DNA of 62,308 nucleotides from Sphingomonas sp. (GTDB taxonomy: Bacteria > Pseudomonadota > Alphaproteobacteria > Sphingomonadales > Sphingomonadaceae), in the NCBI GenBank assembly GCA_025980335.1, contig JAICXO010000001.1, positions 1 to 62,308 on the forward strand, read 5' to 3'. Position numbers and translations under genes: made by a program. Shown in pieces: positions 1 through 9,644 of the stretch; position 1 is the stretch's first letter, and each line of letters begins with the position of its first letter. The notes beneath the pieces were generated by a model that had not been told where the DNA came from, did no database searches, and worked only from the letters and a program-made list of their open reading frames with translations.

Positions 1-864
1 CGCGTCCACATGCACCAGCGGGATGTTGTAGCTGTTGCGGAACAGGCTCACGACCTGCTCGGCCTCGCCGAGCCGCATCAGCCCGTGATCGACGAACACG
101 CAGGTCAGCTGGTCGCCGATCGCTTCGTGGATCAGCACCGCGGCGACCGCGCTGTCGACTCCCCCCGACAAGCCGCAGATCACGCTGCCGCTTCCGACCT
201 GCGCGCGGATGTCGGCAATCTTCGCATCGCGGAAGCTGGCCATCGTCCAGTCGCCCGCGCAGCCGCAGACGTGCCGGACGAAATTGGCGAGCAGCTTGCC
301 GCCGTCGGGCGTGTGGACGACCTCCGGATGGAACATGAGGCTGTAGCGCTTCGCCTCTTCGTCGGTGGCGATCGCGAACGGCGCGCCTTCCGACGCCGCA
401 ACCACCTCGAACCCCGGCGCGAGCGTCTCGACGCGGTCGCCGTGGCTCATCCACACCTGGTGCTTTTCGCCGACGTGCCACAGGCCGTCGAACAGCGCCG
501 ACGGCGTGACGATCTCGATGAACGCGCGTCCGAACTCGCGATTGTCGGACGAGACCACCTTGCCGCCGAGCTGCTGGTGGAGCGTCTGCTGGCCGTAGCA
601 GATGCCGAGCAGCGGGACCCCGCTGTCGAACATCACCTGCGGCGCGCGCGGGCTCTCCGCCTCGGTCACCGAGGCCGGGCCGCCCGAGAAGATCACGCCC
701 TTCGGCTGGAGCCGGTCGAACGCTTCCTCGCTCGCATTGAACGGCGCGATCTCGCAATAGACCCCCGCCTCGCGCACCCGCCGCGCGATCAGCTGCGTGA
801 CCTGGCTTCCAAAGTCGACGACGAGGATGGATTGACCAAGGGGAAGCGAGTTCTGGACCGTCAT
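1..864 (-). CDS. guaA: GMP synthase (glutamine-hydrolysing), truncated by left window edge
   Basis: Manual translation from ATG at 864: [39 protein letters not shown]; GATase motifs SGGP and GICYGQQ; SGGVDS. Absent from ORF track because it runs off the window. Confidence 0.95.
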   Translation of the reverse strand, partial: MTVQNSLPLGQSILVVDFGSQVTQLIARRVREAGVYCEIAPFNASEEAFDRLQPKGVIFSGGPASVTEAESPRAPQVMFDSGVPLLGICYGQQTLHQQLGGKVVSSDNREFGRAFIEIVTPSALFDGLWHVGEKHQVWMSHGDRVETLAPGFEVVAASEGAPFAIATDEEAKRYSLMFHPEVVHTPDGGKLLANFVRHVCGCAGDWTMASFRDAKIADIRAQVGSGSVICGLSGGVDSAVAAVLIHEAIGDQLTCVFVDHGLMRLGEAEQVVSLFRNSYNIPLVHVDA

Positions 865-974
865 GGCGGGCCGATACGGACGCCGCACCGAAGAGTAAAG
901 TTCGTGCAGGCGCGCGCGAAACGAAGCGCCGGAGCCGCGTGGCCCCGGCGCCTCGCTCTCGTCAGTGCGGCGGC

Positions 975-1517
975 TCAGTAGCGCTGATAGCCGTACTGCG
1001 AATAATCCTGGTTCCACGGCGTGTAGAGCTCGGTGTAGCTCGAACGGGCCGGGCTGACCTGGATGTCGACGATCGCCCCGCGGAAGTCGGTGCGGCATTT
1101 CCAGACCAGGTCCACGGGCGAGTTCGGCGTATAGCCGTAGCCGGGTCCGCGCCCGGTTGTGGCGACCCCGCGGACCGTGGTTCCCCCGGCGAGACCCTGC
1201 TCGATCCGGCTGATGCCGAGCACGCGCGCGCTGCCGTACCCGTAAGGATTCCCGTAGCCGCTATACCCGCCGTTCAGCCGAGCCTGAACCGCATTGGCGC
1301 ACTGTCCCGCGACCGCCTGGCTGTTGACGCCATAATTGTACGGGCTTCCGTACGGCGCGGCGCCATACCCATAGGGGTTGCCGCCGTAGCCGTACGGATT
1401 GGTGCCATACCCATAGGGGTTGCCGTAACCGGGATAATATTGCGCTGCGGCGGGTGCAGTGCTGGCGACAGCGGCAAGCGCTGCGCCGCCCGCCAGGAAC
1501 TTCGTGACTGCGAACAT
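975..1517 (-). CDS. Secreted Tyr/Gly-rich repeat hypothetical protein
   Basis: GAGGAG RBS before ATG 1517; signal peptide ending AAA|Q; NPYGYG repeats; two Cys. Confidence 0.75.
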   Translation of the reverse strand: MFAVTKFLAGGAALAAVASTAPAAAQYYPGYGNPYGYGTNPYGYGGNPYGYGAAPYGSPYNYGVNSQAVAGQCANAVQARLNGGYSGYGNPYGYGSARVLGISRIEQGLAGGTTVRGVATTGRGPGYGYTPNSPVDLVWKCRTDFRGAIVDIQVSPARSSYTELYTPWNQDYSQYGYQRY

Positions 1518-1641
1518 GGAATTACTCCTCACCTGTTCTTCGCGCGGCAGAGACCGCCCGAGTAGCCTGGAGCAATCTCATTACGCCGCTGCACCGGCTC
1601 TGAACCGGCGGTTGGCCTTTGTTCAGCGGACTGGTGATCGC

Positions 1642-1830
1642 TCAGTCGCGCGCGCGCACGCTTTCCCATCGCTGTAACCGCCGCTCGCGATTCCACAGCT
1701 CCGTCGGGGCACCGCTGTTCCATTGCTGCGCGAGCTCGATCGCCGCCGCATCGTCCTCCGCCTCGAATTCGCGGAAATGGTCGATGTGGCCGCTGAAGCG
1801 GTCGAAATAATAGAGGCGATAATAGAGCAT
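1642..1830 (-). CDS. Small hypothetical protein (62 aa, MLYYRLYYFD...)
   Basis: C-terminal part of ORF 1642..2091; YRLY...EAEDDAAAI...ELW pattern typical of small alphaproteobacterial proteins; G-rich RBS. Confidence 0.65.
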   Translation of the reverse strand: MLYYRLYYFDRFSGHIDHFREFEAEDDAAAIELAQQWNSGAPTELWNRERRLQRWESVRARD

Positions 1831-1924
1831 TCGCCCACCACCCCCCGGCATGGCGGAGCCCAGTCTACCACTTATCCACAGCTTGGCCGAATCGGCGAAC
1901 CTCCCCAAAAGAGGAGCGCTGCAC

Positions 1925-4090
1925 TCAGTCTCCGAGGTCCAGCCCCGTGTAATGCGCGAGGAACGCCATGACGTCGGACGCTTCCTCGATGATCTTGCTC
2001 GTCGGCTTGCCCGATCCATGGCCGGCGCGGGTCTCGATCCGGATGATGTGCGGCGCGCCGTCCGGATCCGCCGCCTGGAGTGCCGCGGCATATTTGAAGC
2101 TGTGACCCGGCACCACGCGGTCGTCGGTGTCGGCCGTCGTGATGATCTCCGGCGGGTAACGAACCCCCGCCTTGATGTTGTGATAGGGCGAGTAGGCGAG
2201 CAGGGTTTTGAAGTCGGCTTCCTTCTCCGGATAGCCGTAATCGTCGACCCAGTAGCGGCCGGCGGTGAACTGGTCGAAGCGAAGCATGTCCATCACGCCG
2301 ACTGCGGCATGGGCGGCGTCGAACAGGTCGGGCCGCTGATTGACGACCGCGCCGATCAGCAGCCCGCCGTTGGAGCCGCCCTCGATCGCAAGGCCGTGCG
2401 GCGACGTGATTCCGCTCTTCTTCAGATACTCGCCGGCGCCGATGAAATCGTCGAACACGTTCTGCTTGTGCGAAAGGCGCCCGGCATCGTGCCATGCCTT
2501 GCCGTACTCGCCGCCGCCGCGGATGTTCGCGACTGCGTAGGCGCCGCCTTTCTCGAGCCACGCCAGCCGCGTCGCCGAGAAGCTGGGCGTCAGCGAAATA
2601 TCGAACCCGCCGTAGCCGTAGAGCAGGGTAGGCGCAGGCCCCGTCACATCCGCCTTGCGGACGATGAACATCGGCACGCGGGTGCCGTCCTTCGAATGGT
2701 AGAAGACCTGTTCGACTTTGTAGTCGTCGGGGTTGAAGGCGAGCTTGGGCGCCTCCCACACCCTCTCCGCGCCGCTCTTCACGTCGTAGCGGTAGATGGT
2801 GGTCGGCCGGTTGAAGCTGGTGAAGGCGAAAAAGGTCTCGGGATCCTCGAACTTGCCGCCGAACCCGGCCGCAGTCCCGATTCCCGGCAGCGCGACCTTG
2901 CGGGTCAGCACGCCCGCCGGCGAATAGACCCGCACTTCGGTCTTCGCGTCGGCGAGATAGGAAGCGACGAGCTTGCCCCCGACCAGGCTCGCACTATCGA
3001 GCGTCGCGGCATCCTCCGGCACGATCGTTTTGCGGACCGGATGCGCCTGCGCGATATCGAGGCTCACGATCTTCTGCCGCGGCGCGCCGTCGTCGCTGAC
3101 GAAATAGAAGCTCGTGCCGCGGTTTCCGACATAGCTGTAATTGTGCTCGAAGCCCGGGACGATCACGCGCGGCGCGGCCCTGGGATTCTTGAGGTCGACC
3201 AGGGTGACCTGAAACCGCGGGTCGGTGCCGCTCGACGAGCTGATCACCAGCCAACGGCCGTCGTCGCTGACCTGCGCATTGTGGTTGAGATCGGGTCGCT
3301 TCGGCGTCGCGAACATCAGCTTGTCGGCCGACTGCTCGGTCCCGAGCTTGTGGAAATAGACCTGCTGGTTCTCGTTCACCGATTGGTAGGTCTTGCCGGC
3401 GCTCGGCTCGGCGAAGCGCGAATAATAGAAGCCGCTGCCGTCCTTCGCCCAGCTGAGGCCGGAGAATTTCACCCACTTGATCTCGTCGGGCAGGTCCTTG
3501 CCCGTCGCGACATCGCGGACCTTGAGCGTGCGCCAGTCGGTGCCGCCGTCCTGGACCGCATAGAGCAGCTTCGTCCCCTGCTCGTTCGGCTCCCATTCGG
3601 CGAGCGCGGTCGCACCGTCCTTCGACCACGGATTCGGATCGATCAGCTCCCTGCCCGCACCGTCCGCCTTGTCGCGGACGAACAGCACCGCCTGGTTCTG
3701 GAGGCCGCTGTTGTGGGTGTAGAAATAGTGGCTGCCCTTCTTCTCGGGGACGCCGAAGCGCTCATAATCGTAAAGCTCGGTCATGCGCTGCTCGAGCGCC
3801 TTGCGGCCCGGCAGGGTCGAAAGGAACGCGTTGGTGACCCGGTTCTCGGCGTCGACCCAGTTCTTCACCTCGTCGTCGGTGCGGACGCTGTTCTCGAGCC
3901 AGCGATACGGGTCGGCGATCTTGATCCCGAAATGGTCCTCGACCACGTCGCCGCGCCGCGTCGCCGGATAGGTGAGACCGGTGGCCGGTGCAGCCGCGGA
4001 GACGGGTGGCGCGGCCTGCGCCGCGGAAGCTGAAGAACTCACGAGAGCCGAACTGGCGAGCAACGAGGCGACAAACAAGCTCCGGCGCAT
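1925..4090 (-). CDS. Prolyl oligopeptidase (S9A), exported
   Basis: DPYRWLE, GYGGF, NIRGGGEYG, catalytic GGSNGG, DDRV, AGHG; signal peptide from ATG 4090. Confidence 0.95.
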   Translation of the reverse strand: MRRSLFVASLLASSALVSSSASAAQAAPPVSAAAPATGLTYPATRRGDVVEDHFGIKIADPYRWLENSVRTDDEVKNWVDAENRVTNAFLSTLPGRKALEQRMTELYDYERFGVPEKKGSHYFYTHNSGLQNQAVLFVRDKADGAGRELIDPNPWSKDGATALAEWEPNEQGTKLLYAVQDGGTDWRTLKVRDVATGKDLPDEIKWVKFSGLSWAKDGSGFYYSRFAEPSAGKTYQSVNENQQVYFHKLGTEQSADKLMFATPKRPDLNHNAQVSDDGRWLVISSSSGTDPRFQVTLVDLKNPRAAPRVIVPGFEHNYSYVGNRGTSFYFVSDDGAPRQKIVSLDIAQAHPVRKTIVPEDAATLDSASLVGGKLVASYLADAKTEVRVYSPAGVLTRKVALPGIGTAAGFGGKFEDPETFFAFTSFNRPTTIYRYDVKSGAERVWEAPKLAFNPDDYKVEQVFYHSKDGTRVPMFIVRKADVTGPAPTLLYGYGGFDISLTPSFSATRLAWLEKGGAYAVANIRGGGEYGKAWHDAGRLSHKQNVFDDFIGAGEYLKKSGITSPHGLAIEGGSNGGLLIGAVVNQRPDLFDAAHAAVGVMDMLRFDQFTAGRYWVDDYGYPEKEADFKTLLAYSPYHNIKAGVRYPPEIITTADTDDRVVPGHSFKYAAALQAADPDGAPHIIRIETRAGHGSGKPTSKIIEEASDVMAFLAHYTGLDLGD

Positions 4091-4111
4091 TGGAAAACCC
4101 CTCCCCCAAAC

Positions 4112-4146
4112 AAAAAGGCGCCACTGAGCTAACAGCGGCGCCTCTT
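4112..4146 (-). terminator. Rho-independent terminator after rplQ
   Basis: Minus strand AGGCGCCGCTG-ttagct-CAGTGGCGCCT followed by TTTT. Confidence 0.75.
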
Positions 4147-4172
4147 GTTTCAAGAAGATGTTCGACGAACGG

Positions 4173-4592
4173 TCAGGCGGCTTCGAACTCTTCCTCGTTC
4201 ATCGCCGGCCCGGAGTCCTGCCCCTTGGCCGAGACGTCGCGGTCGACCAGCTCGATGACGGCGACCGGCGCCGCGTCCGACTGGCGAATGCCCGCCTTGA
4301 TCACGCGCGTGTAGCCGCCGTCGCGCTTCGCATAGCGCGGCGCGAGAACGTCGAAGAGCTTGGCAAGCTGAACCTCGTCCATCAGCCGCGCCTGCGCGAG
4401 CCGGCGGTTCGACAGGCCGCCATGCTTGGCGAGCGTGATCAGCTTCTCGACATAGGGGCGAAGCTCCTTCGCCTTGGCCGTCGTCGTCGTGATCTGCTCA
4501 TGCTTGATGAGCGCGGCAGCCATGTTGCGGAACAGGGCCGCGCGGTGGCTGGAGGTGCGCTGAAGCTTACGGCCGCCAACACGATGGCGCAT
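4173..4592 (-). CDS. rplQ: 50S ribosomal protein L17
   Basis: [37 protein letters not shown]; AAAGGA RBS. Confidence 0.98.
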   Translation of the reverse strand: MRHRVGGRKLQRTSSHRAALFRNMAAALIKHEQITTTTAKAKELRPYVEKLITLAKHGGLSNRRLAQARLMDEVQLAKLFDVLAPRYAKRDGGYTRVIKAGIRQSDAAPVAVIELVDRDVSAKGQDSGPAMNEEEFEAA

Positions 4593-4615
4593 GGGTCTTG
4601 TCCTTTCGTTCGTCG

Positions 4616-4637
4616 GGGAGCCGTTTCAGGTACTCCC
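4616..4637 (-). promoter_or_regulatory. Candidate L17 ribosomal-protein leader hairpin
   Basis: GGGAG-UACCUGAAACGG-CUCCC about 25 nt upstream of rplQ; resembles (from memory) the L17-Actino-Proteobacteria r-leader. Confidence 0.65.
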
Positions 4638-4799
4638 AGCCACGCAGTTCTTTCGGGCGACTGCGCAAAGCCCATTTTCGCGCGCAGCCTGTCCGGGGGA
4701 CAGGCGAGCACGGAAATGACAACGGCGAGCCTCAGCCCGCCGGACGCGCTGCCCTGAACATGATAAGGATAGCCAAGTCAAGTTTGGGGGGAATTCGAC

Positions 4800-5195
4800 A
4801 TGCTCTACTCATTGGTCGCAATATCCATGTCGGCTGCCGTCGCTCAGGGCCAACCTGCCATTCCAACTCGAAATCCGATCGGCCGCTTTCAGCTCGCTCC
4901 GGCCAAGTCGGTTTCGCATATCGAGATGACTCGTGTCGACTTCCTTCCGGGACAGATCATGCCCGAGCACATGCACCCGGTGCCGGTGGTCTGCGTGGTC
5001 GCCAAGGGAGAATTCGAGGCGAGCATCGGGCGCCAACCGCCGCAGCGAGTCACAGTTGGGCAAACGACCATCGAGCCTGCGGGAACAGTCGTGCACTATT
5101 TCCGCAACCTCTCGAGGCATGAATCCGCCGAGCTTTATTGCGCCAGCCTTGCAGGCCCGGAAGACAAGCAGCTGAGCGTGATGCTGAACCGGTAG
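4800..5195 (+). CDS. Cupin domain protein, exported
   Basis: HxHP (PEHMHPVP), EPAGTVVH cupin motifs; signal peptide. Confidence 0.8.
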   Translation: MLYSLVAISMSAAVAQGQPAIPTRNPIGRFQLAPAKSVSHIEMTRVDFLPGQIMPEHMHPVPVVCVVAKGEFEASIGRQPPQRVTVGQTTIEPAGTVVHYFRNLSRHESAELYCASLAGPEDKQLSVMLNR

Positions 5196-5196
5196 A

Positions 5197-6294
5197 TTAG
5201 GCTGCGGGGCGCGCGATTGTGCTCTTCGCGAGCCGCACGACCAGCGCGGTTAAATGCCGGTGCGTCGAGTCATGATAGACAGACGTGACCTCCAGCTCCT
5301 TGCACAGCCGGCGATGCGCCTCGCCTAGGGCGTGGTACGGCAGGCCAGGCAGCAGATGGTGCAGCGCGTGATAGCGCAGGCCGACGGGCGCCCACAGCGC
5401 GGGAAGCGTCGCGGGCGGCGGCACGTTGACGCTGTCGAGGAACTGCGCGGTGACGCTCATCGGCTCCCCGTCATTCTCCCAGAGGTGGGCAACGAGCGTC
5501 CTGATCTGGTTGAGGAACATCACGCCTGCCGACACCGCAAGAAAGATGAGGAATGCACGCAGCGGGATCACGCCCGCCGCGACCATGATCAGCAGCGCAA
5601 TCGCCCAGACGCTCGCCGCGGCCTCCTGCCTCGCCCAGTCGCGCGCGAACGCGCCTTCCGGCCTGGGCCGCACGAATTTCGGATTGATCTGAAGCCCCGA
5701 ATAGCGGCCGACGACCACTGCACGCAGCTTCGGCGACAGCAGCGACAGCGGCGCGAGGACTCCGAAGCGGATCAGCATCCCGATCGGCGCGAGCGCCGCC
5801 GCGATCAGGAACAGCGGCAGCGTCCACGGATGCATCAGCGCCAGCGGCAGATATTCGGGGTCGTCGGCCGTCCCGTAATATCGCTTCGCGTGGTGCTGGT
5901 TGTGGACGCCCTCGTACATGAAGCTCGGCACCAGCAGCGGCACGCCGACCATCAGGTTCCAGGTGAAGCGGAAACCCTTCACTGCGCCCTTCTTGATGTG
6001 CGTCAGCTCGTGGATGAAGGAGCCCGCGCGGTAGAGCGCGAGCACGGCCACGAGCCCGCATCCGACCGCAAGCCACGCCGGCTTCACGAGTATCGCCGCG
6101 AACAGCCCCGCGTACCCAAGCAGCGCCGAGCCGAGCATGTCCGCCCAGTAGATCGCAGACCGCGGCACATTGAGGTCGCGCGTCAGGTTCGCCGCCGCCT
6201 TGAGCATCGCCGCATCGTCCTTCGCGCGCGCCGGGGCAGACGGCTTCGAACCCGCCTCAATGCGTTCGCGCTCGAGGGTTGCTGCGTTGCTCAT
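5197..6294 (-). CDS. Membrane fatty acid desaturase/hydroxylase
   Basis: Three His boxes HELTH, HNQHH, HALHH plus TM segments. Confidence 0.9.
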   Translation of the reverse strand: MSNAATLERERIEAGSKPSAPARAKDDAAMLKAAANLTRDLNVPRSAIYWADMLGSALLGYAGLFAAILVKPAWLAVGCGLVAVLALYRAGSFIHELTHIKKGAVKGFRFTWNLMVGVPLLVPSFMYEGVHNQHHAKRYYGTADDPEYLPLALMHPWTLPLFLIAAALAPIGMLIRFGVLAPLSLLSPKLRAVVVGRYSGLQINPKFVRPRPEGAFARDWARQEAAASVWAIALLIMVAAGVIPLRAFLIFLAVSAGVMFLNQIRTLVAHLWENDGEPMSVTAQFLDSVNVPPPATLPALWAPVGLRYHALHHLLPGLPYHALGEAHRRLCKELEVTSVYHDSTHRHLTALVVRLAKSTIARPAA

Positions 6295-6394
6295 CGTCGT
6301 TCCGGAAGAACGCTCTTTGACACGAGATAGTGGCGGGACTTGGGCGTCCCAAGCTTAACTGGCGCTTGGCACGATCAGCCGCTAGCCCTTCCGC

Positions 6395-7543
6395 ATGAGC
6401 AGCGCGCCCGTGACGATCCGTCCCGTCCAGACGAAAAAGGACAAGAAGCAGTTCGTCGACTTCGCGTGGGAGGTCTACAAGGACGATCCGCATTGGGTCC
6501 CGCCGCTGAAGGACGAAGTCCACGGCCTGATCACGCCGGGCAAGAACCCGTGGTTCGAGCACGCCCGCGCCCAGCTGTGGCTCGCGGAACGCGGCGGCAA
6601 GGTGGTCGGACGGATCAGCGGGCAGGTCGACGATCTCGTCCAGGAGCATATGGGCGCCGGCATCGGCAACTGGGGCATGTTCGAGGCGCTCGACGGCGAA
6701 GCCGCCGCGGCGCTGATCGCGACCGCCGAGGACTGGCTCCGCGCCCAGGGCATGAAGACGGCGATCGGGCCGATCAGCCTCTCGATTTGGGACGAGCCGG
6801 GCCTCGAGATCGAGGGCTTCGGCGAGGACCCGACGGCGATGATGGGCCACCACCGGCCCGAGTACCGCGCGTGGATCGAGGCGGCCGGCTACGGCAAGGC
6901 CAAGGACCTTCTGACCTACGAAGTCGACATCGCCAACTGGGACGACCCCAAGATCAACCGGCTGATCGCCGCGGGCGAAAAGAACCCGCACATCCGCATC
7001 CGCATGGCCGACAAATCGAAGTTCGCCCAGGAAGCGCGGACGATCCTCGGCATCCTCAACGAAGCCTGGTCCGACAACTGGGGCTATGTCCCGCTGACCG
7101 AGGCGGAGATCGCCTATGCCGGCAAGAAGCTGAAGCCGATCATCTACAACGAGCTCGTGCGAGTCGCCGAGATCGACGGCGAGCCGGTCGCGTTCATGCT
7201 CACCATCCCCGACATCAACGAGCTGACCAAGGACCTCAACGGCGAGCTGTTCCCGTTCAACTTCATCAAATTGCTGTGGCGGCTGCGCAATCCGAAGGTG
7301 AAGCGCGCGCGCGTGCCGCTGATGGGGGTCGCGAGGAAGCTCCACCACTCGCGCCTCGCGAGCATGCTCGCGTTCATGATGATCGAATACACCCGCCGCG
7401 ACTGCGTCGGGAAGTTCGGCATCGGCACCGGCGAATTCGGCTGGATCCTCGAGGACAACAAGGGGATGCTCTCGATCGCCGAGCTCCCCCGAGCGCGCGT
7501 GAACCACCGCTACCGCATATATGAGAAGCCCCTCTCCCGGTAG
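6395..7543 (+). CDS. GNAT-fold acyltransferase (YghO-like), probable bacterial ceramide synthase
   Basis: DPHWVPPL, NPWFEH, GRISGQVD, GPISLSI, WILEDN, YRIYEK motifs of the YghO/bCerS family. Confidence 0.75.
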   Translation: MSSAPVTIRPVQTKKDKKQFVDFAWEVYKDDPHWVPPLKDEVHGLITPGKNPWFEHARAQLWLAERGGKVVGRISGQVDDLVQEHMGAGIGNWGMFEALDGEAAAALIATAEDWLRAQGMKTAIGPISLSIWDEPGLEIEGFGEDPTAMMGHHRPEYRAWIEAAGYGKAKDLLTYEVDIANWDDPKINRLIAAGEKNPHIRIRMADKSKFAQEARTILGILNEAWSDNWGYVPLTEAEIAYAGKKLKPIIYNELVRVAEIDGEPVAFMLTIPDINELTKDLNGELFPFNFIKLLWRLRNPKVKRARVPLMGVARKLHHSRLASMLAFMMIEYTRRDCVGKFGIGTGEFGWILEDNKGMLSIAELPRARVNHRYRIYEKPLSR

Positions 7544-7597
7544 CGGGAGAGGGAGGGACCCGCCGCGAAGTGGCGGGAGGGTGAGGGGTGAGGGGTG
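7529..7597. repeat. Palindromic CCCTCTCCC...GGGAGAGGG repeat (half element) overlapping a stop codon
   Basis: CCCTCTCCCG-gtag-CGGGAGAGGG hairpin carries the TAG at 7541-7543 in its loop; second hairpin CCCGCC/GGCGGG. Confidence 0.75.
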
Positions 7598-7631
7598 TAC
7601 TGGGTAGCAGCGGGAGCGTGATCGCCTTCCC

Positions 7632-8954
7632 CTACAGCCCCCGGACCCTCGGCTCGCCCGGCGGCCGGTTCACCACCAGCTCAGTCAGCGCCCACACCAT
7701 CGCGTCGGCGCGATCGGGCGAGCGCCCGGCGACATAGCCGTACGGCGTCAGCGCGGTCAGCTCGTCCTCCAGCTCGGGAAAGCAGCCCGCGAACAGGCAG
7801 CGCCCGGTCTCGAACGCTGCCGCGACCGGCTCCGCCCGGGCGGCCTTGCCCTGGCTCGCGTGCACCAGCCTGATCGGCAAGCCCGGAGCGACCGTGCGCA
7901 GCACCGTCTCGACCATGCTCCCGCCGTTGTTGACCTCGGCGACCACCCGGTCCGCGCTCCAGGCAGCGAACGCCGCGGCGACCCGCGCCGCCCAGCCTTC
8001 CGGCCGCGCCCCGGCGATGCTGCAGTCGGCCAGCACGGCGCCGCGTCCGTCGCCGGTGAGGCCGCAGACGACGATCCCGCACGCCCCCGCTTCGCTCGCC
8101 GGCGGGTCGACTCCGACCACCACCCGCGCGAGCTCTTCGCGGCGCGGCATCGCGCACCGGCGCGCCTCGATCACATCGCGCGTCCACAGCGCCCCTTCCG
8201 CCTCGCCGAGCAGCGTTCCGTCCAGCTCCTGCCGGCCGAGCCGCGACCCCGCATAGGTGCGCTCCATCGCCGCGACGAAGCTTTCCGGCAAATGCGGGTT
8301 GTCGAACGTCCGCCCTCCGGTCACCGCGGTCTCCGGATCGGCGATGAGGCGGCCGAGCAGCGGGATCGGCTTCGGCGTCGTGGTGACGATGGCCCGCGCA
8401 TGATTGCCGAGCCTCAGCCCCATCTGCAGATTGTCCCAGGTCTGGTCCGGATATCGCCATTTGGCGATTTCGTCGGCCCAGGCGAAATCGTGCTGCGGCC
8501 CGCGCAGCCGGTCGGGGCTGGCGCCCGAATAAGCGGTCGCCACCGCGCCGCCCGGAAATCTGAGCTTGCCTGTCGTCGAGCGCCACGCGAGCTTCTCGCC
8601 GGTCTGGGCGCAGGCGAGAATCCCGCTCTCGCCCTTGATCATGATCATCGCCACTTCGTCGAGGCTTCCGCCGATGAGCGCAATGCGCGTGCCCGGCGTC
8701 TCGCGCGCCCGCGCCAGCACCCATTCGGCGCCGGTCCGCGTCTTGCCGAAGCCGCGCCCGGCGAGGATCAGCCAGTTGCGCCATCCGCCGGCCGGTTCGA
8801 TCTGCCCCCCGTGCGCCTTCCACGACCATTCCTCTTCGAGCCCGCGCAAATCCGATGCGGAAAGCTGATCCCACACCGCCGCGCGCACCTCCGGCGCGCA
8901 CTTCCCCAGCACGCGCAGCATCGTTCTCAGTTCGATCAGCTTGAGTTCCTTCAA
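7632..8954 (-). CDS. Phage/GTA-type large terminase (DNA-packaging ATPase-nuclease)
   Basis: Walker A AGRGFGKT, LRGPQHDFAWADE (Walker B), VTTTP, nuclease VGVDPP, SPDRADAMVWAL; TTG start. Confidence 0.92.
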   Translation of the reverse strand: MKELKLIELRTMLRVLGKCAPEVRAAVWDQLSASDLRGLEEEWSWKAHGGQIEPAGGWRNWLILAGRGFGKTRTGAEWVLARARETPGTRIALIGGSLDEVAMIMIKGESGILACAQTGEKLAWRSTTGKLRFPGGAVATAYSGASPDRLRGPQHDFAWADEIAKWRYPDQTWDNLQMGLRLGNHARAIVTTTPKPIPLLGRLIADPETAVTGGRTFDNPHLPESFVAAMERTYAGSRLGRQELDGTLLGEAEGALWTRDVIEARRCAMPRREELARVVVGVDPPASEAGACGIVVCGLTGDGRGAVLADCSIAGARPEGWAARVAAAFAAWSADRVVAEVNNGGSMVETVLRTVAPGLPIRLVHASQGKAARAEPVAAAFETGRCLFAGCFPELEDELTALTPYGYVAGRSPDRADAMVWALTELVVNRPPGEPRVRGL

Positions 8955-8958
8955 TACA

Positions 8959-8985
8959 CGCTACCCCGGCGAAGGCCGGGGCCCA
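8959..8985. repeat. REP-like hairpin CCCCGGCGAAGGCCGGGGCCCA
   Basis: 22 nt identical to 9649-9670; related to 21038-21117. Confidence 0.8.
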
Positions 8986-9033
8986 GGCTGCCGTCAGCCC
9001 ATTGACCTTCTCAAAGCGCTGCAGCCCTTCTTC

Positions 9034-9561
9034 TCAGGCCTGCGCCTCGCACTTGGCCGCGTCGTCTTCGTCCCCGATCAACCCCATGCGCCGCATCACC
9101 GTCTCCAGCCGCGCCCGCACCTGTTCGATATCCGACCGCTGCGGCAATATGTCGCCCGGCCGGCGGTCGCCGTTGCGCCGGTAGGATTCGAGCATCGCCA
9201 GCGCGGTCTTCGAATCGACCAACCGCGGCGCCTTCGGATCGGGCTTGGGTTTCAGCGAGCGCTTCGATTCGCGGATCAGCTCCGCCTCGACCTCGACATA
9301 GCCGTGCGCCAGCGCTTCGTTGAAATCCGCGCGGAACTGTTCGTTCTTGCGCCGCCATTCGTGGACGGTCGAGTTGGACACGCCCGCCGACCGGCACGCG
9401 CCCTTGATGTTGGCCGTTGCCGCGAAATGATTGAGGAACTTGCGCCGCCGAGCGACCGTGAAGCTCCTGCGTTTGGGATTTTTCTTCTGCGACCCCCGAG
9501 CCGCCCGCTTCTGAACCTTGCGCCCCTTGGTGCCGCCGATCTCCGTCTCGTCCTCGCCCAT
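9034..9561 (-). CDS. Probable GTA-type small terminase (HTH protein)
   Basis: RRRKFLNHFAATANIKGACRSAGVSNSTVHEWRRKNEQFRADFNEAL HTH pattern; directly upstream of large terminase; GGAGG RBS. Confidence 0.75.
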   Translation of the reverse strand: MGEDETEIGGTKGRKVQKRAARGSQKKNPKRRSFTVARRRKFLNHFAATANIKGACRSAGVSNSTVHEWRRKNEQFRADFNEALAHGYVEVEAELIRESKRSLKPKPDPKAPRLVDSKTALAMLESYRRNGDRRPGDILPQRSDIEQVRARLETVMRRMGLIGDEDDAAKCEAQA

Positions 9562-9585
9562 GCCCCCTCCGCCGCTGAGCGGAGG

Positions 9586-9614
9586 TGTGTACCTAAATTG
9601 CGCGAACATGTCAA
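9586..9614 (-). promoter_or_regulatory. Sigma70-like promoter of the terminase pair
   Basis: TTGACA (9614-9609), 17-nt spacer, TACACA (9591-9586) in an AT-rich patch. Confidence 0.6.
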
Positions 9615-9644
9615 TACAATTGTTCCCATTTGGTTACTTGGTTA

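Noticed and set aside
10-981. 323-aa plus-strand ORF
   Set aside because: Antisense shadow of guaA; the minus frame carries the GMP synthase motifs
1850-4033. 727-aa plus-strand ORF and similar long antisense ORFs (e.g. 22373-23953, 33409-34983, 35368-37173, 53709-55664)
   Set aside because: Mirror-frame ORFs typical of high-GC codon bias, opposite well-supported genes, with no motifs
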